DNA from: Cenococcum geophilum
Lineage: Eukaryota
DNA: 64,000 bases
NCBI GenBank assembly: GCA_050273025.1
Contig: CP158635.1
Span: 23,498,001 to 23,562,000 of the forward strand
Reading direction: 5' to 3'
Positions within the stretch are counted from its first letter, which is position 1. Each line of letters begins with the position of its first letter. The position numbers and the translations under genes were made by a program. This document shows, in pieces, positions 15,001-27,275 of the stretch. The notes beneath the pieces were generated by a model, which saw only the letters and a program-made list of their open reading frames with translations, had not been told where the DNA came from and did no database searches.

Positions 15001-16179
15001 CTCTGTTCCTGTTGGAGATGCAGAATATGCGAGTGAATGGTTATGTTGGAATGAAGGATTTCCATGTGTTTGTTGAAATCATTTACGATAGGAGAAATAC
15101 GATCTCGGAAAATACCTGCCAGTAAAGAGCGATCTCTCGAAAGCATATGATCTGCGTCAAGTTTGAAGCGAAGAAGGTCTTCGTAAATCGAGATGAGTGA
15201 CTACACGGCATTAGTATTATTAAAGAAATATCTTTGAGATAGCTTACATCGTGAACAAAATGACTAGTATTTTCCATCTCAGCGAGGTCCTTAATAGCTG
15301 GAATATGGTTGAGCATCACACCGATATTTTCACTCAACTCTCCGAGGCCGTCAACGATGCGGACAATAAGCTGGGGATTAGTAACGTTAGCAATGGGCCG
15401 AACTCCTACTGCCGGGATGCTATACCAAGACAGTTGACTGAACTAGCCCGAAGGAAGCCGATGCAATAGGATCGACCGACGCTATTGGCGTAGCATAGGC
15501 CAAAATGGATCCAACTTTCTTTACAATAGGTCCCAATTTCTCTAGAACTTGACAAAATTTTGATTCGTCCCTCCGCTTGACATCAACCCTTCTCAGCTCG
15601 TTGAAGATTCCATCCACCGACTGGAATTGTAATGATTGAAAGGGGGCCGAGTTTTGTTCACCGCGGGCTTTGTATATTCGATCCCACGCTTCCTGGATGG
15701 CGGAATTTCCTGATGTAACAGCGCCATCCCCGGAGCTATATGTCAGTGAGCTTTGTTCCATCCGTGCGTTTAGGGTTTCACAAACATAGCACTGCTCAAA
15801 CCGTGGTTTGTAACATTTGGCTCCGAGTCGCTCGTGTCGTTTATGCTGGCGCTGGTATTGTTCACTGGCGCTGTTTTCGGGCATCTATTGAGCGGATGCT
15901 CTGAAATCGGCGGTGTACGTGCTAGTTGCACTCTAGGGGTTTCATCAGGATCAATTGAGCTGCTTTCAGTGAATGCCGATAATTTGCGAGTTTCCCCACA
16001 TTCTTTATGGCGCTAGGATATGTTAGGAAAGCTCTTACTGTCAAGTTAGGATAAATCGAAGGAATGCTCACCGTCCATAATGCGGCCCCTGCCCATCCAT
16101 GCCGTGGAGTTTTAGATATCTCCGCCTCGAGGGAATCTCCTGAAATTTTGGAGCGGATTTTTGCTGTTATGGAATGCAT
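12082..16179 (-). CDS. Fungal NLR-like protein: helical N-terminal domain, NACHT, ankyrin repeats (spliced)
   Basis: Walker A GYPGSGKT, Walker B FIVIDAIDEC, HQSLKDFL winged-helix motif, C-terminal ankyrin repeats (GCTALQQAV, NLIHIAAKHGH, TPLMYAV). Introns 14925-14971, 15201-15247 and 15371-15425 join the upstream exons in frame (LEDE/RRCKENL; HFVHD/SLISIYEDLL; QSTVL/LIVRIVDG). The 5' end and start codon are uncertain. Confidence 0.88.
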
Positions 16180-17333
16180 GCCTAATGTTACTGGTGCTTC
16201 GTATTAGCTTGATCTTATGAGTGGAAATTGAGCAGCTGTCTATTATTACAAGAGTTTGTCGGCAGAGAATTGATAACAACAAATGCACAAAGATGCCCAA
16301 AAACCGCAAAACGCTACCGCGAATATCTTACGGGTGATGCGAAAGTATTAAAGGCCGTTGAAGAGTGCCCATCGCTATTCGAAACGAAGTCTCTGCGGCA
16401 CAGTCGTGTCATTTTCCAGAAATAGGACTACGGATCAACACCCTGGGCGCGTAGCTGAAACGCCTCTCATATTGAGCCATTAGTCTACAGTGTCGGATTT
16501 CTTTGCTTTTCACAATTGGGTGCCGCTTGCGACCCAAGTCTGCATGAGGGAACTTTGGACAGTTTTAACCATGTTGAGATAAAATTGTGGATGCAGGTTC
16601 ACTTCATAATTATGAAAGCCCAGGCCGAACGTTGAGGGTGACTAAGGGAGCTGTGAGGGGTTGGCCTTGGCAATTAGTCAGTGTTACAATGTCAGCCTTT
16701 CCCTCCAAAACTGCAAGAGCTGCGAAGCTATTACATGTCCTATTACACTGTAGAAGGGAGCCCTCGTGCTGCAGCGCCCCTTATCACGTCAGGGTCCAAC
16801 GAGTAAGTGGTCCGTGCGGGAACACCGTTTTCAAATCCGCACAAATACCTACCGCAATGCATTCTAATCGTGCTAGAATTTCTGCAGAAAGGATAAGTGC
16901 TAGTAACCTCATATTGAGCGACTCAACTTCAAAGAATAAGCTTATATATTAAAATACTATGGAGTTTGGCCTCTATCAAAAGCTTCGTATTGCTGAGTAC
17001 GGGCGTTAAATGCAGTTCAATTAATTGGCTGGATCTTATCGATAACAATTGGACCCGAATTGACGTGCTAAGGGATAGAGACGGTGGGTGAATAGATTTA
17101 TTGTCCTCTGAACCTCCTAGGCGGCTGGAATGTGAGTAGTTCTGTCCGAAATAACCGCCGATTCAACGTCAGGAAAACGGGAGAGTGGTAGGGGCTAGCT
17201 AGGGGCTGGCCCGGGGCTGGCCCGGGGTCATTTTAGCTGGATCCGCTGATCTGCTCATGTACACTTCTTTACGCTAGCCCTGGGCCCCATTAGCAACATT
17301 AGCAACATTAGCAATATTAGCAACATTAACGTA

Positions 17334-18609
17334 TCCGTGCCAAGGCTTTGGCTTATTCAGCCAAAGTGGACTCGTCCACACTCGCCGCAGGCGAGTGCCT
17401 GCACTTAATACGATATTACCATTAATACAATATTTTTAATCAACCATCTAGATTTAACCTCAATTGACACTTCAACCACGCCAGTTATTATATTGATTTT
17501 TGTATAATAGAGCACCTATAGAGCGCATAGACGCCCAAATAAGCTGTAATTGATTATATACTGGCTAATAAGCTTAAAAATAACGTTTCTTCTTAGCGAC
17601 TGGCATGCCTTTTATCCAACTATACTCCAGTTAAAGCTCTTTTATTTTAAATTAAAGCCAATTTTAAACCATCTTTCGTGCCGTATATAAATAAATAGCT
17701 CCCATTAATAACTTTAAGATTATATAAGACCGTTACTAGCGAGATCGGCGTAATTATACAATTAAAGTTATGGTTCTTAGCTTACCAACTGCTTAATCAC
17801 CAGCAATAGATATACTATATACGCTAAACAGCGTACGCTTAACGTTCTTACTTAGCTCCTTATTCTTAAAGCAATAATTAATATTACGCTTAAGCGTACG
17901 GATAAATATAACCACCTATTAATCTTTACTAATCCTAATACAAAAGCCTGTTTTATTAAAGTTCTAAGTATCCGTAGTTATAATTCCATATAGCTTAATA
18001 ATCTTAATTAAGCCATTAAACCACCTAAAGATAGCATCTTTATTATATACAATTACGCAATTAAGATTAAGGAATTACTAACGGCGAAGATAAAGCTTAG
18101 GGTTGCGTTTAAGCCATCGCTTTACCTATTATGGATTGGCTAAAGGTAGAGGTCCTAGACCGTTATGGCTGCGCTAAAAAAGGTAATTTGCACACGCTAT
18201 AATTATTAGTAGCCGTACGCAGATTCTAAGCTTATTAAGATAAGCTATATAATCGTAAAGAGCGCTATCTTAAGCCTCTAAGAGCTTATATGTGCTAGAA
18301 GGACGTTAAAAACGTATTATATAACCTTTTAAATAAGCAAAAAGCCGCTAATAAGGAAGATTTTTCTTACGCGCCAGCTGCTTATAATTAGGCTTTTTAA
18401 CGTCTCTTATAAACTCCAGAGCCTAATTAATCTAATCATCTATCTAGATCTACAATTCCGACATTGTTGTTGTTATATAACGCGATAATAATTAGATAGT
18501 TGATTAAAAATATCGTATTGATAGTAATATCGTATTAAGTGCAGGCACTCGCCTACGGCGAGTATAGACGAGTCCACTTTGGCTAAATAAGCCAAAGCCT
18601 TGGCACGGA
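17334..18609. mobile_element. TA-flanked TIR element (Tc1/mariner-like), RIP-decayed
   Basis: About 90-bp TIRs starting TCCGTGCCAAGGCTTTGGCTTATT..., with TA on both sides (17332-33, 18610-11). No transposase motif could be recognised confidently inside. Confidence 0.75.
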
Positions 18610-18611
18610 TA

Positions 18612-19028
18612 GTTGGTATGCAAGTAGCCCATATAAGCAAGTAGCCCACGTTAAAACCCTACCAAAAATTCAAGAATTCATACCTTAATATCTTAACAAC
18701 CACTTAATAATAAATTCTAATAATTTAGATTTAGACTTTTATATATACTTTACAGCTTCTATTAAAGTTGCATAGTAAATAAATTTAGTAGTTTTTAAGT
18801 TATAGTAATATGGCCTCGTTTCGGCCCCCAAATTTTAATATCTTAAAAACTACTAAACTATTTACTATATAACTTTAATAAAAGCTATAAAGTATATATA
18901 AAAGTCTAAATCTAAATTATTAGAATTTATTATTAAGTGGTTGTTAAGATATTAAGATATAAATTCTCGAATTTTTAGTAGGGTTTTGACGTGGGCCACT
19001 TGCTTGCATGGGCCACTTATATACCAAC
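18612..19028. mobile_element. Fold-back MITE (about 420-bp near-palindrome)
   Basis: Arms of about 200 bp (GTTGGTATGCAAGTAGCCCA... / ...TGGGCCACTTATATACCAAC) around a short spacer near 18810-18835; TA-flanked. Confidence 0.8.
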
Positions 19029-19289
19029 TACGTTAGCAATATTAGCAATATTAGCAATATTAGTAATATTAATAATATTAATTTTAAAAATTATAATATA
19101 TCTTTTTACTATAGTAGTTATAATATTTTCTATAACTGCAATATTTATATAGGAATAATAATAGGTTTTAAATTTTTAAATTTAGTTATTAAGCAATTAA
19201 TTAAAATAAGTGGAAAGCCTCTTGCAGAGGCTCCAAATCGTTAATTAACGATATTCCTAATAATCCACCGGCCGTGTACTAACTTCCTA

Positions 19290-19860
19290 ACTAGGCCTAG
19301 CACCCGCCTACCCGCCTGCCTACCTACCTACCTACTTGCCTACTTGCCTACCTACTTACCTACCTACCTACCTACCTACCTACCTACCTGCCTGCCTATA
19401 CCTACCTATCTATACCTACCTATATATGCCTACCTGTCTATACCTACCGTCTATATCTGTCTATAGTATCTAATTCAATTTAATTCGGTAGCAGGCTAAT
19501 ATCGAGGCTCTGCTTCGATTTAATCGATTAATTAAGTTATTCGTGGTATTACTAACTAGTTATTTAAACGATCGTCGTCTAGTCCTAATAACGGTCGTCT
19601 TAATAACAGTCGTCTGGTTCTGGCGACGGTCGTCTAGTCCTGATAACAGTCGTCCTAATAACAGTTATCTAGTTCTAGTAACGGTCGTCTGGTTCTAGCG
19701 ACGGTTATCTAGTCCTAATAACAGTTATCCTAATAACAGTCGTCTAATTCTAACGACGGTCGTCTAGTTCTAGCGACGGTCGTCTAGTCCTAATAACGGT
19801 CGTCCTAATAATAGTTATCTAGTTCTGGCGATAGTCGTCTGGTTCTAGCCATAGTCATCT
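19290..19860. repeat. (CCTA/CCTG)n microsatellite followed by a ~15-20-bp ACGGTCGTCTRGTYCTRRYR minisatellite
   Basis: Directly visible tandem arrays at 19290-19455 and 19570-19860. Confidence 0.85.
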
Positions 19861-20149
19861 ACTAGCTGCCATTGTAATACCTTCCTAGGTAGAGAGGATA
19901 AAAGGAAGAGTAAAAAATAGGTATATAAGGGGTATGTAAAGACACATAGAGGCTGCTAGGAATAGAGTGGGGACCTAATAGCACTATAGGCCGCTATCAG
20001 GACAATTAAGATAACTAGGAAAATCAAAGTCCTACTAGGAGCCTGCTAGGAAGCCTGCTAAGAGCCTACTAGGAGGCCTTTAGGATTTTAATACCCTAAT
20101 AGCAATAAACATAATAATAGTAATAATATTTATTTTATAGCTATAAGCT

Positions 20150-20290
20150 AGCATAATGCTAGCGTATAGCTCTAAGGCCTAGCTAATATAGCAAAAAGCT
20201 AGCGTAGAGCTCTAGGGGGTCAGCTAATATAGCGGAAAGCTAGCGTATAGCCCTAGGGGGTCAGCTAATATAGCGGAGAGCTAGCCCCGG
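20150..20290. repeat. About 40-bp subterminal tandem repeat (about 3 copies)
   Basis: GCTAGCGTAKAGCYCTARGGSYCAGCTAATATAGC units next to the right TIR of the 17167-20349 element. Confidence 0.75.
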
Positions 20291-21697
20291 GCCCCAAAAA
20301 CACTTTTAGCGAAACTAAATTTCGTGCGCCACCTCCCGTTTTCCTGACGAAGGCCGTCTGCCCTACCACCAATTTGTCCTCCCTTCGTTAACTTTTAGCA
20401 ATCGATTAAATAGCAAGAAGCTATAATAAAGGGCGCTACTAATCATACACCCCCTAAATACTATGCGGATACTCACTGCCTAAACAGGCTTAGATCCTTC
20501 CACTTCAGGTTAAACATCACGTGTATTGTGAAAGTCAAATTATTTAAATGCAACTTTTATGATTTCAAATATAGTACAAGTAGTAGAGTCTAAATTAGAT
20601 TTGGAACGTGTCAAAAGACCATTTAGTAAAGTCTGCCTAAAAGGGCAAGGCCCCCCGACCTTATAAAGCCTCTTAAATACTCCCGCTAAAAGGTTATAAA
20701 TTATCCGTGGTAGTATCTTAACTTCTATTACCATTCTTACCACCTATACTACCTTTAAGATCTTCCTAAGTTGACAGGTAGAACAGCGCAATACTTTACG
20801 AGGCGCCGCGTGAACTAGATTGGGTACTATCGCCTCTATTTAACGTCTGCGAACTTGTCGATCCAGGTCGGGTTTTGAAACGGGTTTCCTTACCACCGTC
20901 TTACTACTGTCTCGGTCAGCGACCCAGTCAACGACTCGGTCGACGACTCGGTCACCGACATAGTCTACTGTCCCTTTTTCTTATGTATACATAGAGGCTA
21001 TAGAGCCACATTTCAATAGACAGAGTTCTCATTCTTTTCTTACAATCGGTGCACGGACTACCAATCGACAGAACTGCCTCCGCGTCCACGCCCGCGCCCA
21101 CGCCTACCGCGCCCGCGAGTAGTATAACCAGTATTTCGTTTAAACACTGAAAGCTCTCGACGAGTAGAGTTATCAACGCGATTGGTAGTTGTAGAGCTAG
21201 ATGTAGAGCCAGCCGGCGACCGCACGGGTAATTGTAAGTACAAAGGGATACCCTGTTATGCGAGAGCCAGTATAGCGCATTCTGGCCTTGGTATAGTCGC
21301 GACCTTTAGCGCATCGTAGCCATAGTTTTCGGCATAGTCGGTGGCAGGGCGCAAAGGTGGGCGTAAAGGTAGGCTTAATAATTTAGAGCTTCTTCTAGAG
21401 CTTCTTCTAGAGCCTCTTCTAGAGCCTTACTAGATAATTAACTTAATTACAAATTAAACAAAGCCATTAAATTAGATACTAGTACCTTACTAATTGACGC
21501 CAAAAGATGCACGGATCAAGACAATTCTAATCTAGAGGTAATTTGCAACCGAACATACCCTAATATCTAAAGTTTGGCTTATCAACAAGAGCCCTCTAAG
21601 ATTGATTTTGGTGTTCCTAGTTGAACGCCGACCGCTTACGAATATAGCTTTCTAGTGGTTGCGCACGGGCCACCACTTTGCAGAACAGAGTGTTATC

Positions 21698-23600
21698 TTA
21701 TCTCAGGTGCCTCAGCCGCTTCTCCAAGGAATTTATGGCGTTGCATGGCCCCACTCTCTTGCCACAGCCCCACCCTGCCAACTCGTGCGAACTCCTGAGC
21801 CAATCAGCGGCGCGTACTAGCTCCTGCGGACTCCTAAGCCAATAAAACGTCGCGCTACCCCCTAGCCCCCTGTAACCCCTAAGAGATTATGGACGCGTGT
21901 TTGGTGCAACTCGTATGCCATTTCCAATATATGTTAAATTTAAATAGCTATACTAGGGCCAATTTAGCAGCTATTACTACAGTTCGCGATATATTTACAT
22001 TATAACCTCTCCTACTAATATATTCTAATTAATTAAACTAGCTAACTAACGTATTAGGGGGCGAAGTACAGCCTTAAAGTTTAAAGACGTGTTTTTGAAC
22101 CCGTATTTACCTAACCACCCCCATTAATACGGCGACCGTACTCTACCACCACAACTCTATTTACTATTAAACTTTATAAGGTACCTCTTGTACCCTATTA
22201 TAAACAGCTCACCTAATTATACTATACCTAACTGTCGTGCTGTGGGGCTGCTTCGCAGTAGGGGGGAAGCTTTAGGCAGAGGCTCGTGCAGAGCTTCGAG
22301 TAGAGCTTCGAGCAGAGCTTCGAGCAGAGCTTCGAGCAGAGCTTCGAGCAGAGCTTCGAGCAGAGCTTCGAGCAGAGCTTCGAGCAGAGCTTCGTGCAGA
22401 GCCTTGTGCAGAGCGTCGTGCAGGCGTGCAGACGTGTAGATTGCAGACGTGCAGACGTGCAGACATTCGTACGGGTGTTTGGTAGATTGATCGTATAGAC
22501 GTTTATAGAGCCGTTCGTGTAGACGATTATAGAGTCTTCCTAGTATATCAGTGCTGCGTATTAGGAGAGATTTAGAGCTCCGTATTAAGCTTTGAGTAGA
22601 GCTTCGAGTAGAGCCTCGCGTAGAGCTTTTAAGCAGAGCTTTTGAGCAGAGCTCCGTGCAGAGCCTTGAGTAGAGTTTCGAGCAGAGCGTCGTGCAGAGC
22701 TCCGTGCAGAGCCTTAAGTAGAGCTTCGAGCAGAGCGTCGTGCAGAGCTTCGAGCAGGGCTTTGATAGAGCTTTGAGTAGAGTCTCGTGCGGAGCTTTGA
22801 GCAGGGCTTTGATAGAGCTTCGAGCAGAGCCTTGTGTAGAGCCTTGAGTAGAGCTTTGAGCAGAGCGTCGTGCAGAGCTTCGAGCAGAGCTTTGATAGAG
22901 CTTTAAGTGGAGCTTTGATAGAGCTTTGAGTAGAGCCTCGTGTAGAGCTTCGAGTAGAGCTTTAAGCAGAGCTTCAAGCAGAGCAGAGCTTTGAGCAGAG
23001 AGCTTCTCTATATAGACCTTGTATTTAGGCTTGTTTTTGAAGGCCTTGTAAACGGCTTTGTATAGAGCTTTGAGCAGAGCTTTGTATAGGCGTTCGTGCA
23101 GGCGTTCGTGCAGGCGTTCGTGCAGGCGTTTGTGCAGGCGTTCGTATAGGCGTTCGTACAGGCGTTCGTACAGACGTTTGTAGAGATATTAGGGGCATAA
23201 TCAGGCTCTATTGCGGATGGATTCTATAGAGCAAGAGGAGGGCTTTCGAATGGAGGTATCGGCGAGTTGAGTGGTGGTATATTAGGGGGCGATATACGGC
23301 GTTGAAGGCAAAACAGCAGTCGTCTACTAGCAAGAGTGGCACACTCTTACAAAACGCGACCATAATCCCTCAGACCCTCGGAGAGGAATCCACCTCGGCG
23401 CTCTGTAATTGGCTGCTAAAGCTAGCGCAAGCACTAACGCCTGCGGCGTACGTTAGGCTGCGGCGCCGGTCGCTAATTGGCTTAGGAGTTTGCAGGAGTC
23501 ACAGGGGTTACAGAGGTGTGGCGGTGCCAGCCGTTGATTGGCTCAGGAGTTTGCAGGTGAGGTGGATTTTCTCTCCGAGGGTCCGAGTCAACTGAGATAA
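21698..23600. mobile_element. 1.9-kb TIR element with 12-bp tandem arrays and a target-site-like direct repeat
   Basis: Termini TTATCTCAG / CTGAGATAA; subterminal inverted motifs CTCCTRAGCCAAT (21792, 21831) versus ATTGGCTYAGGAG (~23475, ~23538); TGTTATCTTA occurs at 21691-21700 and 23601-23610; internal (GAGCAGAGCTTC)n and (GCAGGCGTTCGT)n arrays. Confidence 0.7.
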
Positions 23601-23752
23601 TGTTATCTTAATTTTGGTGATGGGGCACGTGATTGATTGTAATGCGAGCTATACCCCTTTAGAAGCTAGCCCGTTGGCATGGTTGTTAAGAATTTCCTCC
23701 ACCCTTCTCTTGTTTCGTCTCGACTTTCTTAGCAAACGACTATTTTCTCCAA

Positions 23753-24566
23753 ATGTCCTCGATGGCGGCTGTTAGAACCAAGGAGGAGGAGCTGGCCTAC
23801 GCTTCCTTCTGGGATCAGCGGTACCTGAACTCTAGTGGCGATTATCCTACGCATGAGTGGTTTAAAAATTTCGAAAGCCTGAAGACGTTCTTTAACAAGC
23901 ACCTTGTAGAACTAAAAGGTCCGGATACCAACCCACGCATCCTTCATCTTGGATGTGGTGATAGTGTAAGCAGTGTCCTGCCATTTCTGCTTCTTGGCAT
24001 AGCTCAGGCTGATCTATAGTACTCTTCTGCTAGAAAAGACCGTCCCTATCGACCTTCTATCCTTAGGTTATCAGAACCAAATATGTATTGATTTCTCAAG
24101 TGTCGTCATACAGCTTATGTCGCAGCGCCATACAGATAAGCCTAATATTGAGTGGATAGTCGGAGATGTACGCGAGATGACTCAGATCGCGGACGGAACA
24201 ATTGACGTTGCGTTTGATAAAGGGACACTGGACGCAATGGTATCTGGTAGCCTCTGGGATCCCCCAGACATGGTGAAGACGAACATTAAGCGTTATGTAG
24301 ACGAGGTATTTGGATTTATACCGTTCCCTGGCCTGCGCTAATTCTGCCGCTAATTTTTCTAGATTGCTCGAGTCCTGAAACCTGGCGGGTTGTTCCTCTA
24401 TATTACCTACCGCCAACCGCACTTTATGAAGCCGTTTCTGATCCGTGAGGGAATATGGATTTTGGCGGTTGAGGATCTGGAGGATGAGAAAGGGTCTTTT
24501 GGCTACTTCGGCTTCATCATAACGAAGGCGTGTGACTCCCTTGGTGGCGCTCAAGGCAAAAATTGA
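23753..24566 (+). CDS. Class I SAM-dependent (protein-lysine) methyltransferase, EEF1AKMT4/METTL13-N-like; 3 exons
   Basis: FWDQRY...HEWF, ILHLGCGDS (motif I), FDKGTLDAM, RVLKPGGLFLYITYRQPHF. Introns 23966-24038 and 24306-24362 give an in-frame product. Confidence 0.88.
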
Positions 24567-24927
24567 GCCTAGAGTTCGCAACTCCTTGCCGATAGGATGG
24601 ATGTAGTAGACAAGCCTGAAAGATCCCGATTTGGCACCATGGCAGGATCTCATGAGACAGGACCACTGCCATGACAGATTTCACGGCAGTTGAACCCAAC
24701 AAGGGCTCAACAGCGCTGTCAGACGTGATGCAGCACCGGGGAGATTAAGTAATCCCACTTCTCAAGGTCGAACTCACGGTCGAGAGATGGTAGCTACTTT
24801 TTTCAGGCATCCGTAACGTTTGACGAGGTTAGGCAAACATGCGCGTTATTTAAATATAATTATGGCCTTTTTTAATAAAAAGGTTAAAAAAAAAAAATTT
24901 AACTATTAAAAGAATATTACTAGTATT

Positions 24928-25296
24928 TGTTATGGGACTACTCCGTAACGCCTTATACAAACCACCTGCCGTATTCTATCACGTTCTGCCGCATTCTACC
25001 GCGTTTAACCAATTTCTACCTACCTGTTTCTACCGCAATATCCGTAACTTCTACTAAATTTTACTAAGCCTACCGAATTCTACTAAAACTACTACCTAGG
25101 TCCTATCCTACCCCGTATGTAGTATAATACCTGTTAGGCCGATGACTGGCCTGGTGGAAATAATATATATAATGCTCTATAAGGAAGAAATTAAGGGGCT
25201 CAATAGCCCGAGAAGATATCGTATCAATAGTAGATCGTCGATCCGTATCGCGATAAGATTAGATTTCGCCTACCCTGTATAAGAGATTCCCATACA
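24928..25296. mobile_element. Possible solo LTR remnant
   Basis: TGTTATGGG...CCCATACA near-inverted termini, RIP-type composition and TATA-like motifs; no matching TSD. Confidence 0.35.
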
Positions 25297-27275
25297 TTAT
25301 GGGTCGTCGCTTTGAGCAACCTTCTCTGCCATGAAGGGAGCATGGGATCTTCATCGGAGGAGTCCTTAACGAGTTTCCTCAAGCACTCGAGTCTTGATCG
25401 GATCTATTATATCAACATTGTCGGTCGTATTAGTTCAAGAGATCAAAAGGCTTACCAGGCTAATTTTATTTGACTGACGAGTGGCTTCGGTAGTAGCATC
25501 CTGGAAAGCTTCGTATGCAGCGGCCAGATCTATTGTTCCGGTAGGAATTAGTCTAACTTTGAAGCAGCTACCTCCCACCTTCTAAGATCCATTTTGCAGT
25601 ACTAGATTGAATTACCTTTCGTTGCACCGATAGCATTGCTTAGAAGAAGCTGCTACGCTAACAATGGCTGTAGCCTCAGCCATAAGATATTAAGATCTAT
25701 TTGAGACCTAGGTTGACATTTAGTTGCTTGCCTATATTCAGACCGGTAAGGCGTAGGGTAACTTAGATAATATGGCTGCTAAGCATAGAGGAGGCCTAGA
25801 AGAGCCGTACAGGCTGCACTAAGGTTGAAATCATGGACCTATAAAGCCTAGTATATATAGAAAGTTAGGCAGACTCTGCACGCTAGGTAGACATGACATA
25901 ACATTAGTATTAGTATTATGCCAATCATAAATGCAGACTGGAAGTGCAATAGATTCCGGTCGATCAAACGCGGCAAGTGATTGTCCATCATTCGACCAGG
26001 CTGAATTGACTGTCATCTTCAAGCCGCATAAGACGCATGAGAGGGCCATCAGCAAGCTCGGGTTAATGAAGTTATACGAATAGACGAAAAAGGGGCACCT
26101 AAGAGTCGAGTAGCCAAAGGACAGCCACTGTGTTGGCTAGCAAGTGTATAGAAGGACACTCTAGACCGGTTGGGGAGGTTGACGGGGCAGGCAAGAGCAG
26201 CTAGCCTAAGATGCAGAGGCTTGTATCACGTAGCCGCATAGGCATGCTTAATATGCGATATTAGATGATTCGTTCTAAATGTCGCCACTATAAGTAAGGA
26301 GAGCGGCCGACCGGCACCGACCAAAGTATTGTAAGCTCAGAGTGTAATAGAGAAGTCCCAAGTGGGTCCCGTTTTGGTGCCGCCATCTGGCAGCCTTATT
26401 TTGGACCCCTCAAAACGTGCTAGTGCGGAGCATCACGTGCATAACGAAGCCAAAGTGAAGCACCATGTCGATTGCATGCCCCTATCCTATCGTATTTCAG
26501 CCCATCACATCGAATCCTATCACACGCAACGGAAAGATTATATGGAAGAAGACCAGGCGGCCGCTCCTCTCGGGGACTGGCTGTATCCCACCATCAAACA
26601 TTTCTGGTGCCACGTGCACGACAATGACCACCTTGCCAAGTAATAGAACAGGTGGGGCGTCCGCTATGACGTGCATCTCAACTTGTGCATTGCAATTTGT
26701 GCATTGGACCCAGCCATACGTTAGGTAGCGACCGAAATATTATCGTTCTCTCGAGCCACGTAGTAGCCTCTCCGGTCAGGACGTAATCCTCCTGGCTATC
26801 TAGGTCCACCAAAGGGGCGAGGTCCTTGGCCAGCAGTGATGTAGGGGCGCAACTCCCGACATACTTCTGGTGAGTCTCCTCATAACATTGTTGAGACACG
26901 CATGTGAACGGTTGCCCGGAGAAAGTCGAATTGCTTGGTAGTTGAGTTGCTTGCAAGTCAAATCACATTAGAGTTAAATTAATTAAGAGTCGAATTACTT
27001 GCGTGCAAATCGCCTAAGAGTTAAATTAAGATAGTAGTGTTAAGAAAAGACCTATAAACTATTGGAGATGGTCGTGTATCAAGCTAGGGATAATGTATGT
27101 ATGCTAACTCGACACTACAGCCAGAGGAAACTCCAACTCTCTAACAACAGCCAAGCTATCCTTCATTTACAGATCCAAATCCAGTCCCTAAAAGTTCACT
27201 CACTGCTGGTAAGTCCCCAAATTCTCATCACCACGGCCCAACCACAAGCTAACATTCAATGTATTAGCGACTTCA

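Larger units (their letters stand above)
17167..20349. mobile_element. Non-autonomous TIR element (3.2 kb) with subterminal repeats, hosting two nested elements
   Basis: Perfect 17-bp inverted termini CGTCAGGAAAACGGGAG (17167-17183) and CTCCCGTTTTCCTGACG (20333-20349). RIP-type interior with micro- and minisatellites. Only a 2-bp AA is shared by the flanks. Confidence 0.7.

Noticed and set aside
14886..15146. Apparent frameshift upstream of the NACHT ORF
   Set aside because: Resolved by a canonical 47-nt intron (14925-14971); the gene is in frame.
15420..16179. Amyloid motif at the N-terminus of the NACHT-ANK NLR
   Set aside because: No N/Q/G-patterned PP, sigma or HET-s-like motif was found in the plausible frames, and no adjacent effector gene was seen.
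19570..20290. Regular short repeats resembling a CRISPR array
   Set aside because: The units are contiguous tandem repeats with no unique spacers, there are no cas genes, and the context is eukaryotic.
25300..27000. Possible gene fragments between the methyltransferase and the orphan gene
   Set aside because: Short frames broken by stops, with no motif I can recognise; possibly old pseudogenes, but unsupported.
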